A stretch of DNA of 64,000 nucleotides from Utricularia gibba (Eukaryota > Plantae > Magnoliophyta): assembly GCA_002189035.1 (NCBI GenBank), contig NEEC01000010.1, positions 1,736,001 to 1,800,000 of the forward strand, read 5' to 3'. This document shows positions 1 to 13,299 of this stretch, piece after piece (within the stretch, counting starts at the first letter, position 1; each line of letters opens with the position of its first letter). The notes beneath the pieces are model-generated. The model did not search any database and was not told where the DNA came from. It saw only the letters and a program-made list of their open reading frames with translations. Position numbers and translations under genes: made by a program.

Positions 1-38
1 TTGATGTAGAACATATTTGCTGAGAAATTGGAGCTGTA

Positions 39-2335
39 ATGGCTTCCATGATACCAGCGACAGTTAGGAACTCGGTGAAGCTCAACCTGGAGGAGTACAA
101 GAAACTCTCGCCGTCTCAGGTTGAAAAGGTAGAGAAATGCGTTGTTCCATTTTATCGCAACTGGCCTAATTTGTACATGATACTGAAGAAGGTAACTTTT
201 TTAGACAAGTTATACATCGGAAGATTTGCATAAGGCTTTTGAATTATCCAGCTCGGGAGTCAGAGGAGGTTCTCCATTGGAATGGAAAAGGACGCTTGGT
301 TCATCTGATTATGTTCCGCTACTCCGGGAATGTGTGGAGAAGAAGGCAGTTTCTGGGGTGGAATCTGTTCATGCCCACATCATAAAAACTGGGTTTGCGC
401 GTGATTTGTTTCTTGTTACGTCCTTGGTTAATGCATACTGTAAAAATGGGATGATAGAGACTGCTCGTAAATTGTTCGAGGATTTGCCAACGAGAAATGT
501 TGTCACATGGACTTCATTGCTCTCTGGCTATGTCCAGAGCTCGCAGCCCGAACGCGGATTAGAGTATTCAAGGAAATGTTGGAAGCAGGATCACACCCTA
601 CAAATTATACTTTTGGAATTGTGTTAAAAGCTTGTTCTTCTTTGCTGGATATAGAAACGGGGAAGCAGATCCACGGATGTGTTGTGAAGTCCGGATATGA
701 GCATGACACAAGCACAGGGAATGCACTTTGCAGCTTGTATTCCAGATGCCAGAAACTGGACATGGCAATTAGGGCATTCCAGAGGATCAAACAGAAGGAT
801 GTGATTTCATGGACTGCTGCAATTTCGGCTTGTGGTGATAATGGGAACTCCACCATGGGGCTGCACATGTTCCTTCAGATGCTGGATGATGGCATCGAGC
901 CAAATGAGATCACATTGGCCAGTGTCATTGGCTTGTGCTGCACAATGCATTCTCTGGAGCTAGGTTGCCAGGTCCACTCTTTGAGCATAAAACTCGGATA
1001 TAGTTCTGATTTAGCCTCTCGAATTCACTCATGTATCTGTACTTGACAAATGGGCGCATCCCCGAGGCGAAGGAGTTGTTTTATGGATTGAACATGGTGA
1101 CCTTGGTTGCTTGGAATGCTTTGATTGCAGGCCATGCTGATATAATTAGCAAAGTTGAAGACTGTGTCTCAGCCTATACATATGCAATCGAGGCCCTTAA
1201 TTTGTTCCAGCAAATGATCAGATCTGGAGTGAGACCTGATTCGTATACATACTCAAGTGTATTGACTATCTGCAGTAGCATAGTAGCTTTGGAGCAAGGG
1301 GAACAAATTCATGCTCAAGCCATAAAAACCGGTTTTCTATCTGATGTCGTCTTGGCCACAGCCCTTGTGAACATGTACAACAAATGTGGAAGTATTCACA
1401 GGTCATGCAAAGCTTTCTCTGAGATGTCTTCAAGAACTTTGATTTCCTGGACTTCCATGATTTCTGCACTCGCACACCATGGACATTCACAACAGGCTCT
1501 AGGCGTATTCGACGACATGTTGTCGCTCGGGGTTCGACCAAACAAGATCACCTTTGTTGGGGTACTTTCAGCCTGCAGCCAAGCAGGAATGGTTGATCAG
1601 GCAACAGCCTATTACTCCATGATGACAGAAAAATACAAGATCAATCCAGTGATAGACCATGTTGCTTGCCTGGTGAACATGTTTGTCAGGTTGGGCAGAA
1701 TCGAGGAGGCTTTCGATGTCATTAAAAATGCAAACATTGCTCCAAATGAATTCATATGGTCAATCTTGATAGCTGGGAGCAGAACTCATGGTAAGCTAGA
1801 CCTGGGATTTGAGGCTGCTGAGCAACTGCTTGAACTTAAACCAAAAGATCCAGAGACCTATGTCTTGTTATTGAGCATGTACCTATCAGCTGGAAAATGG
1901 AAGGATGTTTCTAGAGTACGGAAGCTGATGAAGGACGAGAAGGTAGATAAAGTTACAGACTGGAGCTGGATTGCCATCAGAAACAGGGTTCACGCCTTCA
2001 AGGTCACCAGCAAGAAACAACAGAATGGGGCTTCCTGCTTTTTGGATGAGCTGATCGACAAATGTAGAGCTCATGGTTACCAGGAAGAGACAGAGGAGAG
2101 ATGCGAAGGCGCTACTCATCACAGTGAAAAAGCAGCGGTTGCGTACGGTCTGCTGAAAACAAGCAGCAACTGCATACGCATCATCAAGAGTATTGGGATG
2201 TGCAGAGAATGCCATAATTTTATGAAGTTTGTGTCATTGTTGACATCAAGAGTTGTCATCATTAGAGACACCAAGAGGCTCCACAGATTTTCTAAAGGGC
2301 AGTGCTCCTGTGGGGATTCTGGTGCCCTCGTATGA
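39..2335 (+). CDS. PLS-class pentatricopeptide repeat protein with E and DYW-type domains
   Basis: PLS repeats (RNVVTWTSLL, DVISWTAAIS, LISWTSMIS) and a deaminase-like tail (HSEK...CRECH...CSCGD). Probable short exon 39-128, intron 129-234. Frame is broken by 1-bp deletions near 555 and 1016, probably errors. Confidence 0.92.
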
Positions 2336-2755
2336 TTCAAATACCTCCAACTCATTCATTCTTTAGAAATCTACATCTCTAGTGCAGCTGTTGTTGTTCT
2401 TGCAACCACAGACTGTATTTTTTTATGTGCCTGAGTGTATTATTTCTTGATGAGTACGAGGCTTGTGCCTGCAAGAAAAGCACAGCTGGATGTATCTGGT
2501 CTGGACAAAACATGAATGACAAGAAGAAAAGAAACTTCTATCACTCATTTCATCAATTGAGTTTTCAACATCTTGGATGTGTGGCGTTCGATACACATCC
2601 CAACATTCGGCCATGGGTGCACTGAGCATAATGCTGAAGAGTAGTGACACCCTAGCTCTTCTTACAATAATGAAAGGGAAGAGTTACTCACAAAGTATAA
2701 GTGAGGCAGGGATATATGATGGAAGCCATTGAGAAAGACACCTTTTGAGAAGGTA

Positions 2756-4117
2756 TCAGTTGACATGGGAAGGTTGCCCCGCTTTCCTTGGGAATAAAAG
2801 TGAGCCCAATAGAACAGCAATCCCGGCAATGGCAATGGTGAATAGTAGGCGCTTCGGAGACATATCTCGTGGTGGTCTTCTTGGGGCACCTCTTTCTCTT
2901 TCAGGTGGCCTTATGTCCCTTCAAAAACATTAATTCATCAAGCATAAAAGCAAGCTAAGCACATAGCGAGTAACGAAGACAAACTTACACGCAGTAAATC
3001 ATGAAACGCCAAGATCAGTTCCAGATGAGTAGATATGCAAAATTCAAAACGCTGGATGGAATTCAAAGGTTCATGTACATATGCTTAATGTTCAACCAGG
3101 TATAAAGGAATATCATTATCTGGATTAAATTCGAATTTTTTTTGAATCTCTATAGGGGTAATAGGCCAGTTGTTTTAGCATGCAGTCGAAGGGGCTCTGT
3201 GTACTACACTCAACCATGTAACTAGAATTATAGTTACCTAGAAGACTCTGCAGTGCTGTTGACGTTATTGAGGCCACTGCATCTGCCTTCATGCCCATGC
3301 CTTTCGCGAAGTCTAATATATTTATGACACAAATGGCATAACTCAGTCCGGTTGCCACATACTTCCTAGGTAACAATCCAAAAACTTATTACGGATAGAA
3401 GATCAGTAGTATAGCAACAAACTTCTAAAGAATTATACTAGACGACTACCTGATGCTCCAATAAATCAACTGCAGGCAGTGGGAACTCACAATATTCACA
3501 AGTCACAATCCTTTGGGGGCAATTTTCTCCTCGGTGAACATCTAAAATCTTACGGTCCATTGTCTCACTGCACAGAGAACAAGACACCTGCCACGTAAAT
3601 AGAGCCATCAAAACAAGACGCGATGCATTCAAGGCTATGCTGCTGATTTTGCAGAATCACTTGCAAATTACATAACTCATTACATACCGGAGCATGAGTG
3701 CTTAGAAAATGCTCCTCTGAAAATTTCTTAGGGACCATATCACCACACACTTTGCATTTTTCCAGATTTCGAGAGCAATGAGCATAGTGCAGATCGATAT
3801 TGGAAAATGGGATCGCTCTGTCACTGAACATGACAATAAGAAGATCATTCACCAGAAAGGACAAAAAGAAAAGGATAGATAGGGGAATGTAAGCCCCACC
3901 ACTGTGGAACATGAAAAGCCTATGAGTAAGTTCCAAGCAGTCCATCAGTCATGAGGCAACAAATTTGTCAAAACAGTACTGAATTCTCAGACTATCATTG
4001 CTAGTTTCCTAAGCGATTTTCACACGGATCCCGCCAAGCAAAGGGAAGCGCTTTTGAAACTCACCAGTGACTGCACATGGCATTGACCTTCGTTTGATCA
4101 TCCGACGCTTCAGCCAT
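2756..4117 (-). CDS. TRAF-type zinc finger / XIAP-associated factor 1-like protein with C-terminal membrane anchor
   Basis: Spliced ORF MAEASDDQTKVNAMCSHC|DRAIPFSNIDLHYAHCSRNLEKCKVCG...CPQRIVTCEYCEFPL...EVCGNRTELCHLC...KRLLFTIAIAGIAVLLGSLLF. GT-AG junctions at 4064/3824 keep phase. Confidence 0.9.
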
Positions 4118-4487
4118 TACTCCACCCACAAAATTGCATAAAACCCACCGACTACTGCCAGAAACAAAACAAACATGATTCACAAAAAAGAAAAGCAGAG
4201 AAAACAATCACCTGAGCAAAAAAGACAAAAAAACAAAAGAAAGGTATCCTTGATTCGTCAACGACAATTCATTGCACCTGGCACGGATCTGATCGAGGCG
4301 TAAACGCGATAAGATGTTGCAGGATCCGAAGAAATCGGTGAAAGGAGACGATATAGGCAATCGGTGAAGGATGTAACTACCGATGTAAGGAATTTTAGGT
4401 CAGCCGAAGATGACGAAATCATAGGAAAAGGTCCAAGGAACTGCGGTGTTGCAAGAATGCAGTTGGGATTTAACGGTAGATTGAGAC

Positions 4488-4497
4488 GCCACGTGGC
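4488..4497. promoter_or_regulatory. Perfect palindromic G-box GCCACGTGGC in the divergent spacer between the TRAF zinc finger and glycine-rich genes
   Basis: Motif read directly; function inferred. Confidence 0.5.
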
Positions 4498-4726
4498 ACA
4501 ATCTCATAGCCTGTGCAAAGGTCGATGCTGGTCGTCACGATGGGTTGCCGGTGTTGAACTTCGTACCTTTGGGCTCTCTCAGAATTGCGGTTTGGGCAGT
4601 TGGAAGTATGATTTCGTTTGGGCCGTGAGCGGACGCGCCGACTAAAAAGGTAAAAGGTGCTGGCTGCTTTTGAAGATAAGTCTTCAGAGCTACATTTCGT
4701 AGAGCGGGGGAATTGCGTTGAAAGCG

Positions 4727-5631
4727 ATGAACCGTTGGGACGACGAGGGGAAGGGCATAATATGGAAGCTTCCTGAAATCAAAACGCGGAGTCTGGGGAA
4801 GGTTGGGCCCGCTTTTGGTGTCGGCGCCGGTTGCGGTTTTGGTTTCGCGGTCGGACTCATTGGAGGTTTTAGTCCAATTCCAGTTCGCCGTGACTTATGG
4901 TGATCCGATTCTCATTGTTTTCTGATTTTGTTTCTTGTTTGTTTGTGGAAGGCGCAGGATTTGGTTTGGGGATTCCATCTTTGCAGCTGGGATTTGGGTT
5001 TGGTGCTGGCTGTGGAATCGGTGTGGGTTTTGGGTATGGGTTTGGGAAGGGGATAGCTTACGATCATTCTCGTAAGTATTCCAATGTGGAAGTCAACAAT
5101 TTGTCGTATACCCGTGGCAGTGATCCATCGCTGTAAGCTTCTCGGCCTCTTGTTACAAGCATTTGACTGTGGAGAAGTTTGCTGTTATGAGGGAGCTGTA
5201 GAATGTGGTACATTTGTTTCTTCTTCCATGTTTTATAGGAGCAGAATGCCGATGCGTTGAAATGCTGTCTTTCTTCTTACTTTCCATACAGATCTTGCTT
5301 AGTATGATGGCTGCTGAGTATATCTTTTCAATGAAATCAGCAAGTGATAGTGTTGTGTAACAGTTCTCTAGTACCTTCCAGTGAACAATCCGAAAGATTT
5401 CCGTGTCTTCCTTGGGGTTAAGCACGGAAGAGGGAGTTTGAAAACATAGCACAGAGAGACATTAGTTAATTGCTTTGTGTTTTCAGCATCTTCTTCTGCT
5501 TTTTCATCAGCATGGTCATATCTATCTATGCCAGGGGTGACATTGGTGCTCTAATTGATGAGCTTGTTTTGCAAACAAAGAAGGCAGTCGAAAAAACTTC
5601 CCAAGAGATAAACAAATGGGGAAGGCCCTGA
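4727..5631 (+). CDS. Conserved plant glycine-rich protein (GxG repeats), 3 exons
   Basis: MNRWDDEGKGIIWKLPEIKTRSLGKVGPAFGVGAGCGFGFAVGLIG|GAGFGLG...SDPSL|GDIGALIDELVLQTKKAVEKTSQEINKWGRP*. Donor at 5133, acceptor ending 5534. Confidence 0.85.
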
Positions 5632-6120
5632 GGCTGCCGTCCATGCATTCCTTTCATCCAACTTCATGAGCATGGTTTGCTTCCAATATCTTAACAGGCT
5701 TATGCATTTCATCTTCTACCTTTCTCGGTAATCAAAATCTTCCCTCTTGCAGGCGAGGATCTCCCGGTTCCATGCCATGCTGGATGAAGATTATCGTGGT
5801 AGATGGCTCATTTGTTCCTGGTGATATTTCAAAGAACTCCTATTATGCTTGCCTTGTTGGAATCTGTATCACCTTTTGATATGCTATTATTCAAAAAACC
5901 TTTTACTGTCATTTTGTCAAGTATCAAGATGAAGCACATCCTTAGTCCCTGGTTAAAAAAAAAAAAAAAAAAAAAAACAGTAGCTTGAAGTGTAGAACGA
6001 GGAAGATAGAGAGTGCAATCTGTTGGGGCAAAAAATGCGATTCTCTGAAACTTGTGGGTTTGTGTGCGAATTTGGGAAAAATAAGGTTTTTACGTTTTGT
6101 GGATGGAGCAGAGCGCTATC

Positions 6121-6180
6121 CTTATCCGGTAGCCAATCAGAACGCAGATTGGGATTGCGCGCCTTCGAAGCGGACCAATG
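6121..6180 (+). promoter_or_regulatory. Light-responsive LHCB5 promoter: I-box (CTTATC 6121-6126) and two CCAAT boxes
   Basis: Motifs read directly about 140-190 bp upstream of the LHCB5 ATG; this arrangement is typical of Lhc promoters. Confidence 0.55.
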
Positions 6181-6314
6181 AGATCGCAGGTTACAGAATC
6201 CTGGTTGGCGCGCCGGCGTCCACAGCGCAGATATTATGAACTGGGGCTGGCTATCCGTAGTCCGTCCGAACCACTCACTCTCCGCCCTGCCCCGGTGACC
6301 AACTAACTCTCATA

Positions 6315-7565
<1,251 letters not shown>

Positions 7566-8879
7566 CTGTTTAAAGAACTATTTTTCATTCCTGAAACAAT
7601 CACTGCAGCAATGTCATACTCTTAGCTTGTAATGAGGAACATCATCAAATTCGAAATATTCTCTTGCCCTGTAATGAGGAGCATCATCATCAAATATGAA
7701 ATTCATTTAGATCTTCAGATCACGAGAAGGCATTCTGACGCCCGCCCGCTGCGAAAGATATACTTTTGTCACTCATACTCACCCCCATATCCCCAAACAT
7801 CATCAAACTTGAAATTCATTACCTTGATACTGCCATGTGGGACGTGGGTGACACACTCCTCATTTCATTGGATCTGAGCGTCTGATACTTCAAGCCATTG
7901 TTTTGTTCAAACCCATCGGTTTAGAATCATAATGATCTACCATATGGGGGTACTTACTTTGTTTTCCTTGTGATGTGATGTGATGATGCCACTCTTACTT
8001 TGTCTTCCCTTTGATATGATGTGATGATCCCACTCTCCCATCCTACGGAGTTTGTGTTGTTGTTGAAATCCCTTTTGTCTGTGAAACGGAGGCAAAGCCT
8101 GGGCAAACAGCCTAGCGACACAAAGGCGAAGAGAGAATGCACATGGACTCCGGTCAAAAAAGCAGCCCCATTCAACAGACAGCGCAGCGCAGCACAGCAC
8201 AGCCTTTGGGGCTTCTCGCACTCACGAACATCACTCACCTCCATTGTCCTTGCCAGATGTGCATTTTCCTCCACTTGCTTCCCTCCCTGTAATCTATCAC
8301 CAGCACACATCATATACATTATGCAATTCCAAATCAAAACCAAAAATGCAGCTGTCTCTCTTCCCCATGTGACCATACCTTCACGCCGCAATGAAATGGT
8401 GGGCACCAATGGCTGCCGTTCACTTACACAGAATATTGGAAAAGGATAGGAAAATTCCAAACCCAAAATCAGCAAAAAAGAAGTGATTACAGAAACTGGA
8501 TTAGGGTTCTTCGTGCGACGATTAGGGGCGTGATTCTGAAGATTCCTTGGCGACGCGCTGGGCTTCCACGTGGGTGACACGCATACTCGCGCCAAAGGTA
8601 AAGAAACAATAAATAATCCTCTCTGTTTTACAGCCAGCTGAGCCGACTGACGACACGTGGTCAATAATGAGCATCTTCCTTTTCAAAAAAAGAAATAGAT
8701 AATTACATATTACTTTATAAAATATATCTAAACTAATAATAATAATAATTCGTAATTAAATAACGTTAATTACACAATTAATCAGTATTAAAATCTATTA
8801 ATTGATGTATTCGGACGAATGATAAAACATACAAATTTTATTTCGATCATTAATAATTTATAATGTATACTTTTCATAA

Positions 8880-9170
8880 TATTCAATATTATCACAATTT
8901 CAAGTATTTCAAAATCACAACATGCTAGATCTATGGAAGTATATCTTCAGCTTTTATTTTCTTTTAAATAGAAATTATTAGAATATGATTCATCTTGTTA
9001 TTATTAAATAATATCCTTTCTGTGATAAAACATAATGTTAATAATAATATTTTTTATCTTTTGAATGAATCATATTCTAATAATTTCTAAATGTATTATT
9101 TCATATGATAAATAAATTAATTACTATTCTATCAAATTGTAATGTTTAAAATTGTGAAATTACCAAATAT
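8880..9170. mobile_element. AT-rich fold-back (MITE-like) element
   Basis: Perfect 25-bp inverted repeat, 8969-8993 (TAGAAATTATTAGAATATGATTCAT) versus 9065-9089, with weaker outer complementarity (TCACAATTT / AAATTGTGA). No TSD recognised. Confidence 0.55.
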
Positions 9171-10219
9171 CACAAAAACAAAAACAAAAATGGCATATTT
9201 TCCACCATTTTTGTTTTAAAGAAACTTTGATTAAACATTTATTTTCATAATTTTACGTTTTTTCTCGTTTTCGAGAAAAGGTCCTACTATCCCCCTGTGT
9301 TCTCCGTGTGAAGGAAAGGGTTATCTGATACAATACCAATCCTGCTTCCCATGTCACGAATACAAGTCATTCATGAAGTGACAAGTTTGTTGTGATCCAT
9401 ACCCCGTGACCTCTATCCATGAAAATGCCATAACATAACGCTACCTATTTATGAGAAATTTTCATTCCATTTGTATTTGGTTGGCGCTGTTTATGTATAA
9501 TCCACGTTCGTATAGTTTATTCAATTCAAGAATTTAAATAAATTTGGGATCTAATGAGTTTTCTTTAATTGAATCGAACCTAATCAGGTTTGTTCTAACC
9601 TATGATCTATTCTTCCTTTACATGATTCCAAACTTTTATCTAATTAAAATAACCAAGTTTATATGAACAAATATATGGTCATGCTAATGTTTTAAAATAT
9701 AATTCATTCCGCAACTTGTTGCGTGTTTTAAAATCATGAGTTCAATTCGAGTTAGGACCGAATTCATGTTGTATTTCAGTTTTTTGGATTAGATTCAGTA
9801 AATTTTTTTTAAAAAAGATTCAACTTAAAAAGGTGACTAAACTAATTGAGAATTATTAAAGCATCACAATATTTCTTTTTTTTTTTGGTGTGTTTGAATT
9901 AGAACGAGAGATGGAGGGAGATGGAAGCGCGTGAGGGGGACACCACCATGTATATGAATCAAGCGTTGCCTTCTTTTTTTCCCATCTCTTTCTGCTTTCT
10001 CCTTTTGTCTTCCTTCCTTCCTTCTCTCCTCCCCATCACTTTCCATTTCCTTCACTTTCGCTTCTTATCTTCCTTCTTCACTCTCTCTGACCTAGAATTC
10101 TGATTCACCATCCATCTCCTAGATCCAGGTGAGTTTTATATCTCTTTTGCCATCCTTTCCGGGTTCAGATCCGTTCACTAACCAACGATTTCGCTTCAAG
10201 CAAAGTTCACATTCCGAAG

Positions 10220-11950
10220 ATGGCGGCGGCGGGACAGTTCGGCGATACCACCTACACCAAAGTGTTTGTTGGTGGATTGGCCTGGGAAACGCAGAAGGAG
10301 ACTATGAAGAAGTATTTTGAACAGTTTGGAGAAATCTTGGAAGCGGTCGTCATTACGGATAAGACCACGGGGAGATCCAAGGGCTACGGATTCGTGAGTT
10401 TCTCCGTTTTTTTCTTCGAGCCGAAATTTCGTCGTCTGATGTTTGATGATTTGCTTGTTTGGAGATCGTCAGGTGACTTTTCGGGATGCCGATGCGGCTA
10501 TGAGAGCTTGCGCCGACCCTACTCCGGTGATCGATGGCAGAAGAGCGAATTGTAACCTCGCTTCACTCGGCGTTCAGAGATCCAAACCTTCGTCTCCCAA
10601 GAACGGTCCGTACTCAACACCGATCCCTTTGTCTTTTAGTTCTTCCAAGATGGGGGAAAATCTGCAACTGTAAGTAACCACCAGTAGTATACACCAAGAG
10701 AGTGCAAAAAAGAAAGTTGGCAAAGCATGACAGCTAATCACGCGTTTCTGCCTTTTCTTTTGTTATGTGGTACCGTACCAGTACCATGCCTACTTTTTCA
10801 CCCCACCTTTCCATGATTACATTTTAACATCCTCAGCATCTTCATTCATGATAATTAACCAGCCACACGAAACTTGTCTACAAGCTCTTAGTCCCGTTTT
10901 ATGTCAACTAAATCAGCTGATACATGGAATTAAACTGATGATCAGGAGGAAGAAATACAAGGGTTATGGGAGGTTTCCATCATCAAGGTGGGTTTCAGGC
11001 CGCCGCCGCCGCCGCCGCTGCCGCTGCATTCGCTTCTGCTGCTACATTCCCAGGCTACTGCATTCAACAAGGAATTCCTTACAGTCAGATTTATGGGTAA
11101 GCTGTTCTTGAGTTAGTTCTCAGAAAGAAAACCCTAATCAGGCACTAGTATAATTGCTGCTGCACCGTGTATTGCTTGCTGTTCTGCTCTAGCTGTTGAG
11201 ATGCTACTTCCTTGTATGCAACATTTTTAGCATACCCACCATACTCAACTGAGCTTGATGTAACTCTGCAGGTACTCTCCGTACTCGACTGAATATACCT
11301 TCCCTGCGGTGAGCACAGTTTTTGTTGATTTAATTTACTTATTCGAATAAATACAACTGATACGTAATTGCATACAAAAAAATTAGAAAGCTGTGTGCAA
11401 ATATTTTTAAAACGAACAGAAGATGTGATTAATACAAAATTTTATGGTAATCAATGCTTAATTATTGGACTTTTCTTCTTAATGATCATGCTTAGAGTTA
11501 CTATGGATTGTATGGAGGCGCGGGCGCGCAGTACCCATTGTACGGGTCCGGGAATGGTGTTCTATCCAGTGCACTTTTCTACCCTTATCTCAACTTGAGC
11601 GAAGGGGCCGCATCCTCAGGCCATAATGGCTACTACACCAGCCAGGGCTACGGTGTCTCCTATCACCCTCATCCTCTGATTCAGTATTCAGCTACCAACA
11701 CCGCCGCCGTTCATCCTCAGCCGCATTACGGCACGCCCGTGTCCCTTGCTCCCTCGACTGCCCTCCAGTCAGGTTAGAGAAAAGATCACAGAACTCGTGT
11801 GATCAGCTTGTCGTGTAAAATTTGGGTTTTTACGATTCGATTTAAAAGTTTTAGTGGTTTATATTTGGAATGGCTACTAATATCTTTGACAGTTTGTTTT
11901 GCTGTGCCGCAGGCATGATGGCTCTCCACGCACCGATACCTCATCGCTGA
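10220..11950 (+). CDS. Single-RRM RNA-binding protein, ARP1/RBM38-like
   Basis: [17 protein letters not shown] (RNP2), GRSKGYGF|VTF (RNP1), [13 protein letters not shown], then a Tyr/Gly/Pro-rich low-complexity C-terminus over 6 exons. Confidence 0.92.
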
Positions 11951-13299
11951 GCTTGAGAACAATCGAGCCATAGTTGTTCATCTTTGCAACTACCTTTGGC
12001 CTAACCATGGTTCCCTCTCTCCCTCTCCCTCTCTCTGTGTCCTCTCTTCTGTCGTAATGCTTGAGGCATTTGGCCATGCCCATGCATTGGGGGAGCCCCT
12101 ATAAGGGTTTCCGTGCATTTTCATCTCTCCCTCTTGTTTTTTTGCACACTTGTCTCTGCAGGAAGGTAAACTGCAAAGATAAACTGCATCCATCCCCCAA
12201 CTCCCGCCTCATGTTAAGAGGTGAGGTTGGTGATGATCTTTGTCGATAAGCCGCAAAAGGAGTTGCGCGCAAGACAAATGTCAACAAAGCACCGCATTCT
12301 TTTTAGGAATGCCTGCTCTATTTCATTTGAAGAAAAAAAACAGTATGAATTCACTGCAAACAAATGTCTGTTGATGGTAGCAGATAAACTTACTAGGAAC
12401 TCGGGCAGGGATAGCCCCGGTATCCAAGTTTGAGTCTTTTAAAATCTCGGACTTGTAATATATGCTTTGAAAACATTTTTAAACTAGTTTTTGAAAGGTC
12501 AGGGAGTGGATCGTTGGTTTCTTCCCAATGGAAAAAGGAAGAAATGCTTGCCACCTCCCCCCTCTCTCTCTCTCTCTCTCTACTCATGTGATATTTTTCA
12601 GTCATGGGGAACTACTCTTTTTCTTTGTTCTTTTAACTTCAGTAACAAAACTCATGTGTGTCCAGTCTTGTGTTGGAATGTGGAGTAGTAGTAACGCATC
12701 TTCCTTGTTCAGCTAGCTTTCTAGGAAACCCCATCACATGGGGTGTGGGGTTTGAATGGGAAGTTACCCTTTGAATGATGTATGTATGAATGTTGTCTGG
12801 TCTCTCTGCCCCTTGCCCTTAACCACCCCAGTCTCACCATGGTTAGGACTCTGGTATCTTCTGCCTCTTATTTATCTACTTCTTACAGACTTGGTATCCT
12901 ATGTTTAATACATTCTATGGTTTGTAATAGCTAATCAGGAGCATTGAACTTAGCAACTATTTTTTTTATTATTAGGTAATTTTGGGTACTTTTACTATTA
13001 TGTCCTTCACTTAAATCAACATATTCTGTAACGTGGATACCCCAGAGTCCAGACTCGCATCCATGTTCAAGGGGGCAAAGGCGGGCACACATGGCATTAA
13101 TTTATTTTTTATTTGAATAATTGAAATTACACTTTTAAGGACGGTTAGCACACATTTGCGCGTGGCATTTCGAGTTCGACGTTTGGGACTTCGGAGAGTT
13201 GAAGAGGGCAGCGCGCGCCTCTGGGATTTTGGAACTGAACTCGGGGGGACGGCGCGGTGTCGCGGAAGGCACCTTTGAGGAACTTCGTTTGCTGTGAAT

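Noticed and set aside
5955-5977. Poly(A)23 as a retro-element tail
   Set aside because: No target-site duplication, Pol III A/B boxes or RT remnant nearby.
7620-8040. RTGATGA motifs as C/D box snoRNAs
   Set aside because: No correctly spaced CTGA D box with a terminal stem was found; the motifs are explained by (GAT)n-like repeats.
12720-12855. Short hairpins (AAACCCCA...TGGGGTTT) as a Helitron 3' end or miRNA
   Set aside because: No CTRR terminus follows, the stems are too short for a pre-miRNA, and there is no match to conserved miRNA sequences I recall.
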